Of a DNA stretch of 64,000 nt, positions 53,716 to 64,000 are shown piece after piece. Under the pieces are notes generated by a model. It saw only the letters and a list, made by a program, of their open reading frames with translations, was not told the origin of the DNA and did no database searches. Position 1 is the stretch's first letter; each line of letters begins with the position of its first letter. A program made the translations under genes and the position numbers. This DNA is from Dipteris shenzhenensis (taxonomy: Eukaryota), in NCBI GenBank assembly GCA_047967505.1, contig CM106538.1; one strand, given 5' to 3'.

Positions 53716-55400
53716 GAATTTGCAGGAAAACACGATGTGGGACCATTTGGAAAATATAAAGCACTCTCCTCGCATTTTGTTGCAAATTCTCCAGTTCTAT
53801 TGACATGCATGTCGAATCAAACACTAGGTTCATCTCATTGATTCCTGGACAGTATGAGCTGATATGCAAGAGAAAGGCTATAGCTGAGTGAAGCTTTTCA
53901 TGAGGAATGTGTCAATAACAGGAATTTGCAGCAAAATGCAATATGGGCTACCTAGAGATGTATAAAGCACTCTCCTCGCATTTTGTTGCAAATTTCTAGG
54001 TTCTATTCATATCCATCTCCAATCAAATTCCTGGGTGATTTACCACATTCTTGGACAGTATCAATTGAATATGTAACAAGAAGGGTGGAGCTGAGTGAAG
54101 ACATTTGGACATCAAAAATCCAATGGATGGAAGAAATATATGTCAAAAAACATTGAAAACAATCTAGAATTCTGACCTTTTTTTTCCTTTTCCATGCTGT
54201 TGGAGTTGCACTGGTGAATCTCCTACTCTTTCACTAGCTTGAACTCTGCACTCTAGGTAACCTGGAGATCTAGTAGTGGTAGTAGTCTTCAGGCAGGTTG
54301 CAGTCTGATGTGAAGGTTGCAGTCTGGATGGAGTGTGCTGGGTAGGAAAGGATCAGAGAGAGAAGGAAAAGGAAGATGCGAGGGTCCTGGCAGGGATGAA
54401 AGATTGGGAGGCAGGGGAGGGAAGAGTGGTTGTGGAATTGATTATGAAATCATGAATGGCACAAGTTCGAAGGCATAAAGTGTACCTTTCACATGTGCCA
54501 AGTTTCAAACTCCAAGAGATATGGGTCCCATCCACACGTGTGAAAAATGACTGCATTCCACACGTGTGGGATTTAGTAGCTGCCTTATTTGTATTTTGCA
54601 CTTATCTTTTCCCTCCTGTCTAATCTATCCTGTCTCAGCCCTCTTGCCCTCCAGTCTCAGCTCTCTTGCCTCCCTACCCCCTACTCTGCAACATCAGCAT
54701 CCTGACCAGCAGCACAGGTTCATCCCCAACATAGGGTACTCATCAGTAGCACAGCACACCCACAGATAGATTTTAGGTCAGTATTAATGGGTTCTTCCCT
54801 CAGTCTCTGCAATCTTCTTGCCTACCATAGAAACAATCCATCCTGCATGGAAATACATAGACTCAGTCCATATTTTATTTAGTTGTAAAGACAGAGAAAT
54901 CACTATAGGAATGCAGATCTTCAAGTGTGATAATTGCATGTGAGGGTAAAACTATACTTATGGGTTCTTCCTTCAAGCTGTGCACACTTCTTGCCTTCCA
55001 TAGACTCAATCCATCCTGCATGGACATGCAAACACCTTCAAATGACTGAAGGCATATTCCAGCATGCTGCCTCATGAATTTGCAGGAAAATTCGAGAAGA
55101 AGGCCTTAGGAATTTCAAACACCCGAAATCGCGTTTTGTTGCAAATATTGAAATGTTGCTTCATCCACCCCTGTCATTCTGGTTTTGTGACTTCCATAGT
55201 TATCCATGGCTGTACTCTTCTTGCATAAACTCCATTCATATTGTATTTAGTTGTAAAGACAGAGAAATCACTGTAGGAATGCACCAGCATGTCACTTCAG
55301 GTATTTGCAGGAAAACACGATTTGGACCTGTCAGGAATTTCAAACTCTCCATATCGCGTTTTATTGCAAAATTTTCAATGTTGCTTCATCCACCCCTGTG
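53716..55400. repeat. Family of internal direct repeats between the divergent genes 2 and 3
   Basis: Core (ga)atttgcag(g/c)aaaa...cgc(a/g)tttt(g/a)ttgcaaa at ~53716, 53922, 55076 and 55303; tatttagttgtaaagacagagaaatcact at ~54876 and ~55243. Confidence 0.75.
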
Positions 55401-55477
55401 ATTGCCTTTTTGTGTCATACCATGTTCTCCATGGCTGTAATCTCTTTCCATTGCTTTGTATGCAGTTTGTCAGAGTG

Positions 55478-57596
55478 ATGGCAAGAACCAAGTCAACTGC
55501 AAGGAAAGCTGGCAAAGGGCCAGGGCTTGCAGCAACAGCAGCTGGGGCAGGTACCAAGAAATTTAGTGTGCCTCCAAAGGGAAGAGCTACACATGGCAGG
55601 AAGGGTAAGCCAATGAGCCTGCTCCAGCAAAAGGCCAAGAGATTGAATCATGGTGCAGGTGTGCTAAGGGAGATCAGGAAGCAACAGAAAGCTATAGGCT
55701 TTGCAATCCCCAAGGCACCTTTTCAAAGACTGGTGAAAGAAATATGTGATAGTTGGCATTTTGGGTTCAGGTGGAACAAGACTGCCATTCTTTCCTTACA
55801 GGAAATGGCAGAGGATTTCTTGGAAAAATATTTTGAAGATGTAATACTGGTAGTAGCCCATGCTCACAGGGTGACTGTGATGGCCAAAGACTTCAACACT
55901 TTGTCCAAAGTGAGATGGAGGTATGACAAGCTTGTTCATCCTATGGAATGGCAGGACATAAAGATGAGAGACATATTATTAATTCCACCTACAAGGAAAG
56001 TGAAGGTAGATGAGGTTAAGGTTGTTGAAGTAACCCACTCAAAGAACACCAGAGGGAAGGCTGCTTATGAGGAGTCACTGAAGCAGCAAATAAAAGAAAT
56101 AAAATCTGTTATAGATGTGGAGACTGGAAAGAGGGAGCTGCAGATACATAGAAGGTTGCAGGAGCTGGGCCCTAATATAGTTGTCCATATTGAGGATGAA
56201 TTTTCAGTGAATGATTTTGACTTGACAAAACCATGCTTGGTAGCATTGGCTCATAAGAATGAGTATTGCTCAGATACTATCATTCTTGCAATGCTCTAGT
56301 AAGTGTCTATTATTTTACATTTTTTGCAAAACAATCCTCCTTTTACCTCCTTTATACCCTACCCTAATTATTTTTTGGTCCTATGCAGCATGATGAGAAG
56401 CTGGCTTCACCCCTCTATACAGCATACAGTCCATATTATTGATCCTGCCATTTCTTCTAAGTTAAGAGATGCAAAGGAAACTCCCATCGGTATTTCCAAC
56501 TGGTTCAGACACTGCAATTTTGAAGTTATCGATGTTTTGCTACTTCCATACCATAACAGGTATGTGGGTGACTGCTTCTTTTAAGATTCTTCTTTAAGAT
56601 TGAGAACTCTTGTAGCCTTTGATTTCCTAATGTTTTTTTCCTTATGCAGTAACCACTGGAGTTTTGTTTCTATTGACATCCAGCAGAAGCAATGCTTTAT
56701 ATTCAACTCTCTTAAAAACACACACAGAGAGCTGAAATTGTAAGTGGTGTGTGTGCTTTTTGAAGTTAAAACTTCATTATTTTGATATCATACTAACTAA
56801 ATTATATGTATTGCAGTTGTATTAGAAGGCTTCTAGATGCATTGGATCACTATCCTCCTAATGTCTCTCTTTGATTCAATAGAGCCAATAAATCTAGAGG
56901 TAAAAAGTCGTTCCCTCTACTGATGTCTGTTTCATGCTATGCCTTTGAACTTATTGAATAATTTAATTTTGTTCAGATGTTAACAGTTTCTAACATATCT
57001 TTCCAACTGTACAGACACCACAACAAGATGATTCAAGTAGCTATGGATGGAGAGTGCTGATCAGTGCCAAATATCTACTTTCAAGCTATTTTGAGAAAGA
57101 ACAGCCAAACCTTGTAAGAAAAAATAATTTTCATTTAGCTTGAAAATAATTGATAGTGATACAAAGTGTTCTAAATCATCATATGCCATTGCAGATGAAA
57201 GAAGATAGCTTCAGCTCAAACTATGTATATAATTTCAGAGCTCATACAATTTGGAAGTTTTTGAGCTATGCCTCCCCCAAACTTATTGTACCAGCTACTG
57301 TCGAGTTGGGTGAGAGCTCTAAAGTACGAGAAGGTGTCATACACCTTGATGCCACAGATGAAGCTGATGTGGTGCCACAGGAACAAGGACCTAGTGCTGA
57401 TGAGGAGAAGCCACAGGAGCAAGGACCTGCTGCTGATGTTGTTGAGGAGCAGATGGAGCAGCAGCAAACAGATGCTCCTGGGGCAGTAGAGGAGACAATG
57501 GAGCAGCACCAACATACTGTACAAGACAGGATGGAGCAGCAGAAAACAGATTCTTTAAAAAATGATGATAGAGAGAGCTTGGACCATGTAGAGTAG
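55478..57596 (+). pseudogene. Histone H3/CENH3-like domain fused to a Ulp1-like (peptidase C48) domain with an acidic tail; exons 55478-56298, 56389-56559, 56650-56739, 56817-56899, 57015-57113, 57195-57596
   Basis: MARTKSTARK tail; LREIRKQQK..IPKAPFQRLVKEI..LQEMAEDFL..FED..HAHRVTVMAKDF histone fold; phase-consistent GT-AG introns lead to LLLPYHNSNHWSFVSID..IFNSL and TPQQDDSSSYGWRVL; one frameshift in exon 4. Confidence 0.85.
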
Positions 57597-57706
57597 CCTC
57601 TGGATCAAGCTGTACATAAATAGAAAATGGTTGTTAGGAATATGTTCTACATGTACAACTAAACACTTTTGTACAAAATTTTACTTGATTGAATAAAAAC
57701 CTTTGT

Positions 57707-59129
57707 TTATGGAGTCTGTGTTATCTCAATTTTCAAAATTTCAATGTCTTTGCATTTTATTGAGCTCTCTCTTCTTTTGAGGACCTACAAAAAAGCAATA
57801 TGAATCAATAGGGTAAAGTAAACTAATAGCAGTGCTTAATGAGACTAGGATAAATCAGATGGTGTACCTTTTTATTGTTGTAGATAAATAAAAAGTCGCT
57901 TGAAATAGAACCTTCTGTCTCAAACAGAATGTCATTGCGCAATTGAGCTAGGGAGCAGCATTCTCTTAATGAGATATTAACTAGCACATCACCATTCTCA
58001 ACAACATCAATATCAAGAAGTTTATTTTCTGCACCAAAAGAATCTTCATCTTGATCCATTGGGACTAGTTTTGTGCCTAGCATTCGACTGCGCTTATAAT
58101 AGAAAGAAAAAATAAAATTTTGTGATGCAACCATGTACTTCAGTTGCATAGAAGGTTGGACAACCTCACAAAACACTGAACTACATGTCTTCTTATCCCA
58201 ACCTTTATCCAAAAATTGTGGCATGCATACTTGTTGCTTTAACTGTGAACATTGTTTTTGAAACCTTCATTGGAAAGGTATTAAACAAGTCCACAAAAAC
58301 TGTGAGAGGCATGCATAAAGAAATTTTTATTATCCTTGTGGCAATATTGGTCCTTAGAGCTTTCTGTACTTCTTTGAAAAGCTTGGCCCTATATGCCTCT
58401 GTAACACTAGAATGTGGGTGAGGCCAATCCACTGAATTCCATGCCGGAAGGTCTTGTTTCCTTAACACACCATGTGTGTTAGCATTGTCCAGCAACTGAT
58501 AAAAATGATCAGTAAAAAATATATCCGATTGAGCTAGCTCTGTTGCACATCGACCTTGGTATTGTTGTTCTCCTATCGATCCATGCAGAACATCTATAAA
58601 TCCCAGAATACAATCGATGTTTTGCCATGTCTCATACGATGAAGGGTATAAATCTGAAATAAAACAACACAAGAATGTCAATAAGCAAAGAAAGAAAGCT
58701 TCATCTTAAAAATCCATACACCTCGTAAAGAAAAAACCACAATAGAAAAATATACAATTAGGCCTGTGTTGCGGAAGATCATTTGGATAGTCTCGCAAGA
58801 CAAGTTCTTTATGCATGTACACATGCTGAATCAAAACTTCTTTCACCGATATCTTCCCTCTGGTGATTTTAAAATCTCGTACTCTTCCCTTCCATGACGC
58901 CAAGAAAATGTTTTTTGTCTGGGGTCTTTTTCTTTTGCTAGGTTGCATGAGCACCCATGCTCCTTTCGAAACACTAAACCTTTCCCAAGTTCCTTGTACT
59001 TGAATTCTCTACCGAAGAAATAGAAGAAGCAGGTCGACAGGGTAAGGATGTGTGGTATAATTTTGCCTTCATAGCATTATCATCCACAAAGCATCTTCCA
59101 CAAGAACGGCCATGGTTTTTATTCACCAT
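57707..59129 (-). pseudogene. Probable BAH-domain protein with a possible C-terminal ubiquitin-like domain; introns 58654-58755 and 57785-57867; two frameshifts
   Basis: KGAWVLM..WKGRVRDF..VLIQHVYMHKEL..PNYLYPSSYETWQNIDCILGFIDVL..IFFTDHFY follows the BAH pattern; C-terminus NISLRECCSLAQLRNDI..DFLFIYNNKKVLKRRE is beta-grasp-like. Confidence 0.55.
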
Positions 59130-59586
59130 GGAGACCTTCTAAATCTGTAACAATAGCAAAGTAATGTAAACAAGATAACAAATTGAAGTTTCAAGAAAGA
59201 GAAAGTGGGCAGACAGACAGTTGACAAGAAACATCTTACTCTATGCCAAACAGGATCAAGGGAGCAGTTTTGGAAAAGAAGAGGTTGCTGCACAATGAGG
59301 CAGTGGTGTAGAATGGTAGACCTTTCGAAGGAAAGGCGGCACAACATTTCAAAGTTCAAAGGAAGGTGGAAGCGGGAAGGCCCTTGTCAGATAAAATGTC
59401 AGACTAGATTCTATCTTCTTGTTCAAAGATCTTGTGAGAATAAAAAACCAATCTCCACATTAATGTAGCACGCTTGTACCTACATAAAGTATTGTTTCTT
59501 TTTTCTATTTTCTCTTATTTTCGTGAATTTCCGTTACGTTGGCCCTCTATTGATTGGTTGAGAGCTTATTTTTCCAAACCGTAAAA

Positions 59587-59618
59587 GGCTCCAAAATGAG
59601 CTCCCTTTTTTCCTAATG
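59587..59618 (-). repeat. Right TIR
   Basis: ggctccaaaatgagctcccttttttcctaatg; reverse complement matches the left TIR at 30/32. Confidence 0.9.
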
Positions 59619-59818
59619 CAATTGTTCATCTAACAAGCATACTAACTAGTAATTGCTCTCCCTAAACAACTAATATACAAATAATCACTAGCAACTAACA
59701 GAGTAACATTCAGACTAACAACAAATAATCATGGAAAAGAAAAAGAAATCAATAGACATTTTGAGATTATTCACAATGTACCTCAAAATGTAATAGAGGT
59801 TTACAAAAAGAGAGGTAC

Positions 59819-60558
59819 TCAATGAGGTCTCAAAGAGGGTTCCCCCCTAATGTGATTCCTTAGATGCATGCCTTTGGCCATGATGGTGATCCGCTCTTCA
59901 TGGATAGTCAACAAATTAGCATCTTAAAAAGGGAGACCATTGCCATTTCTTCAACCTCCCACAAAGCCAAATGATATTTCTATCATTCCATTATTTCTTT
60001 TACCAATTGTGCTCTTACAAATAAAAGGCACTATGCTCTTGTGACTTTTACTTATCTCTAGTAAGGCCTTAATTCCTAATGTCTTTCGCCTTCTCCTCAG
60101 TGTAATGCTACTGCCTCCACCCCCCTGGCATCAGCTCCACCTCCACCTCCACCTCCAACTCCCTCCACCTCCACTTCTACTAGGTTTTATCCTTGCTTCT
60201 TACTTTTTTGGGAACCTTGCCTCAATGATTTTCCACCAATTGTGGGCTTGACATTTGAAAATATTGGAGAATTTTGGCCAATGGAGATTGTATGCCTTGC
60301 TACGACCTTGGGTGCATGCCTCTTCAAGTCTGCCACCTCCCTTGCTCTTAGAATTGTCTCCATACTTTGTGTTGCATTTCCTCTTGGCATTTGTTGTGAA
60401 GGTTGTTGCACCTCTATGGCTATTGTTGGAGTAGCTTTTTGGTGCACTTTGTCTTCCTTACTGTCTTTGTCACTCTCCCCATCATGCTCTGCATCCTCCT
60501 TGTGCTCTTCATCATTTTCATGTTCTTCATGTATTTTATTTGAATTAATGATATACAC
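59819..60558 (-). pseudogene. Second, more decayed histone H3-like gene with an N-terminal extension, outside the TIR element
   Basis: Manual minus-strand translation across frameshifts: KPTIGGKSLRQ..RRRRKTLGIKALLEISKSHKS..QLVKEIME..LALWEVEEMAMVSLF-DANLLTIHEERITIMAKGMHLRNHIRGE. Confidence 0.75.
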
Positions 60559-62849
60559 TCGTGCGATCGTCTTGCTTGGCCTCGTGAACTTGTTTTTGTT
60601 GGTCCTCCATTAGCCGCTCCTCCATTAGTCTTCTCTACTCTGACATATATTTCTCATAGTACTATTTGTAAATCTTGAATTTGGATACAATATGTTCTTA
60701 GTCTATCCTTGCCATGGCTCCAAAAAATATGCAAGAGATAGAAATTTATGGGCATACTAAATTAAAAAATGTGAATTTTCTTTTATAGGAGTCTAAAGCT
60801 TTTTCTTAATTAAGGATACTCTTGTGCAAAGACAACCCTTTCATATGAGAACCTACATTAAAAATGTCTTGTAGGTTTTGAAATGAAGGTTGATTTCTCC
60901 TAAGCCACAATAACATACTCACTAAAACAAAAACTGTATCATAATTAGTAACTTGCATTAATTTTTCATTCAAAAATTGCTAATATAGATTAAATAACAT
61001 TGGTTAGAAAATAGTCTAACTATGATTAAAGCCAGTTGGTTAGAAAATAGTTTAAAATGGAGGTTGATTTCTCCTAAGTCACTCATTAACCTAGAATTTG
61101 TATTATAATTAGTAACACACATTAATTTTTCATTCAAAAATTACTAATGTAGATTAGATAACATTGGTTAGAAAATAGTTTAGTTATGATTGAAGCCAGC
61201 ATTTTCACAACAAACCTTCTTGCTACCCATAATTTATGTTTCTGTGAAGAAGATTTCCTCTTTCTACTTCTTTGAGTTACATTAATTGTGTTTCAAATGC
61301 TTCCTCAGAAGAGACAATTATTCCATGATAGAGCCACTCAAACCTTCAACAATCCACACATCTAGAGGATGGTACTTTTCAACAATGAACCAAGATCCAT
61401 GAGCAAACAAAATATGCTCCTAAACCATAGTGCAAAGATGTAAGACCATAGAAATTGAAAACAAAAGACATGACAAAGAGAATTGGTAAAGATTGAACCA
61501 ACAATCAATTCTCTTTTCTCCTTACCTTGTTTGCTAATTCTTGATTATTATCAATCCCATTGTTTTCTTTCCTATATTCTTCTGCTTCTCTTTTGCCTTA
61601 CCGTTCCCTTTATTGAGTCATTGTTTTTTTTTCTTCCTATTAATTTTTTCCTTCAATTGTTTGCTTCCTACAAACCTTGACTTGGCATTCTAAGTGCATG
61701 AAAAATATGCATGGATATGTTGAATTGGCACGTGTCTCAACTCTGAAAATGGTCTTCAAATCTTATAAGTCTTGCCATATGCCACTCAATATTGAATGAC
61801 CCAAATCATTTCACATGGAACAATAATCCTATATTTTGGGCATCTACGACATTAGGGATGTGCGCAGGATTGGAAATTTTGGGCATCTATGGCACTAGGG
61901 ATTTGCCTGGGATTGAAAATTGCTCAAAGATACACTTTAAGTGTGCATGTCTCATTAGGGAGTTCAAATGCAATAGGCCATTTTTTTAGATTACATACTA
62001 ACGTCTTCCTTGATATCCATATTCTCTGCATATTCTAGTGTCCTGTTCATAAGTGAAGTCCTCATACTCTCCAACTTGTGGCCTTTGACAACTTCATACT
62101 TATGTTAGTGATAAAAAATAACTTATCTCCACTGTTTGCAAATATACTACAGTTGAAATTTTGTAGAAGATGATAAAACAATTATAGATTATGAAGAGAA
62201 ACAAAATTTATACCTATTTCATGCTTTTGTCTTGTAGAATATCATCATTGTAGCTTGAACCTTACACACATCCAAAGGCAACACTATTAAACTCCATATA
62301 GTCACACTACATGGGTCCCATTTCAATACTTTTTTCATGATATTGCACTTGGAATTTTTTGAGAAGAGGATATTTTTGTTGTTGGCATTCACATCTATAT
62401 GATGTAATATTAATTAAGCATTAATATTAGCATCATGAAAGTTATTGGAACAATAATTGTTAATTCTGTAGTAAGGTTATTAATGCTTCTAACAATAATC
62501 TAGTTTCCACGTAGACAAAACTTGTGCCTAAATTTGATATATTTAGATGATATTGTACAGTAAGTAGAGCATAATTGTAGTACAAAATATCCCCAAAAAA
62601 TTGCATTGTGGACCGATCTCCCAAAAGTCCCAAAATATTGCATTCTACTAAGTACAAATCTGGATCAAAGTCTCTCAAAAATCCCAAAGATGATTACAAA
62701 ACAAGACAAGCATGCATATCCCAAACATGCATCACCCAACTAATCCTCATCATAAATGTCATCCTGATCATCCCCTCTTGTCAATCTAGATCCTCTTCTT
62801 TGTTCTTGTGATATTTCAAAGAGAACTCCAGCCTACTAGTCGTGTGAGT

Positions 62850-63570
62850 TAGGCACATCAATTTTGATGTTTCATGGCTCTTAGATTTCATTGTGTCAAG
62901 GATGGAGACTTTCAAACTTTTTTTTCTTTGACCTCACCTTCACTCTAACCTCGCTCAGTCCCTATCAAGGGGCAGACTACCTTGGGGCAATGGGCATAGG
63001 GAGCCCTGGCTGGTGATCAAACACACACCGGCTTTAGTGGACCCCTTGCTGGATATGTGGCCTTAACTTTCAAACTACTTCTACAATGACTTTCAATGAT
63101 AATGGTGTGATGGAATGTAATGCACAATCCTTCTTCGATTCCCCAGAATCATCATCTTGGTCACTTGCACAACCTATGCCACTCCAACCAAGGCAAACTT
63201 GGGAAGCAATCTAATGTTGGGACTTGGATTATATTGATGCCCCAAGAAATTGGCTCAATACATACAAAACAAATACATTGCTCTTGCCATAGATTATGCT
63301 ACTAAGTGGACATAAGCTAAGGCATTAAGAGTCTAAGAGTACGAGAAAGTTCATCTATGATCATATCACAGGATTCACTTCCTTGACAACCAAGTTGATG
63401 GTCATATGCACAGAGTGCCAACCACATATTGCCCTCACTGTAATAGCCAAGTCAAAGTCAAACAACAATGTATTCAAGTTGATTCTCAAAAAAATGGTTA
63501 GTAGACATCACCAATATTGGGATACCAAGTTGCATGCTGCATTATGGGCAGAGATAAAAGCCAAGTAGCT
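62850..63570 (+). mobile_element. Highly decayed Gypsy remnant (possible LTR end/PBS and integrase fragments)
   Basis: catcaattttg junction; IDYATKW; VSRHHQYWDTKLHAALWA integrase-core motif. Confidence 0.55.
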
Positions 63571-64000
63571 TGGTCACAAGAAGCCAAAGTATGTTGTTAG
63601 AAAGCTTGTAATGATAGGAACATTATTCCAAAGAATTTGAGAAGATGCTTGTTCTACTATAGAACACCAAGTTGTGTCCTCTCAAACTCAAATGGAAGGG
63701 ACCATACTAGCTCATTGAAGTATTCAACAACAAGATGGTGCAACTGGCAACGTGCCTAGGAATTTGGTGGCTAAACCACTAGCAGCCTTTGAGGAGAAGC
63801 AAGCTATTGATTGGCTTGATATTTTTGTTAAGAACTTTGATTCGGCCTCCAAGTAGCAAGGTGATAAGGGGTGGCTCTCAGAACCAAGGTGATGAAGAGA
63901 AGAGCACCTATGAGTAGCAAGGTGATGGAGGACAAAATATCTGCGAGAAGAAAGGTGATGAAGAGATGAGGGCCTCGAGCAAGAGAACCCAAGAAAAAAC

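Larger units (their letters stand above)
41319..59618 (+). mobile_element. Multi-gene TIR DNA transposon with a RAG1/Transib-like transposase and chromatin-related cargo
   Basis: 32-bp TIRs (30/32 identical) enclose four spliced genes in the orientation + - + -; nested L1 at 46767-53690. Confidence 0.85.

Noticed and set aside
55289-55477. N-terminal 63 aa of ORF 55289-56299
   Set aside because: Lies in repeat/intron sequence ending at an acceptor (tgcag, 55465); the true start is most likely MARTK at 55478
55478-55925. Host canonical H3 or true CENH3 gene
   Set aside because: Too divergent, carries a long C-terminal fusion, and lies inside TIRs
60600-62450. Possible MULE-type transposase exons upstream of the second H3-like gene
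   Set aside because: Exon/intron-like texture, but I could not read any diagnostic motif

Overview
Repeat-rich eukaryotic genomic DNA, almost certainly from a land plant (P-class PPR gene, tRNA-iMet Copia, plant-type Gypsy/L1/hAT relics, short GT-AG introns). A fern or other seed-free plant is my guess only. The one intact host gene is a PPR ORF (27563-29161, minus); the rest is nested transposons. These comprise Gypsy relics (1-13.7 kb, 62.9-64 kb), a complete Copia with LTRs and TSD (13934-19444), three RTE/RTEX-like LINE pieces, and L1 and hAT relics. The stand-out is an ~18.3-kb DNA transposon (~11.4 kb without a nested full-length L1) bounded by 32-bp terminal inverted repeats (41319-59618). 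It carries four spliced, mildly decayed genes: (1) a DDE transposase matching RAG1/Transib motifs, (2) a convergent unknown gene, (3) a histone H3/CENH3-like domain fused to a Ulp1-type (C48) SUMO-protease domain, and (4) a probable BAH-domain protein with a possible ubiquitin-like C-terminus. A second, older H3-like pseudogene lies just outside the right TIR. All family assignments are by-eye motif comparisons with remembered reference sequences; no database searches were run.
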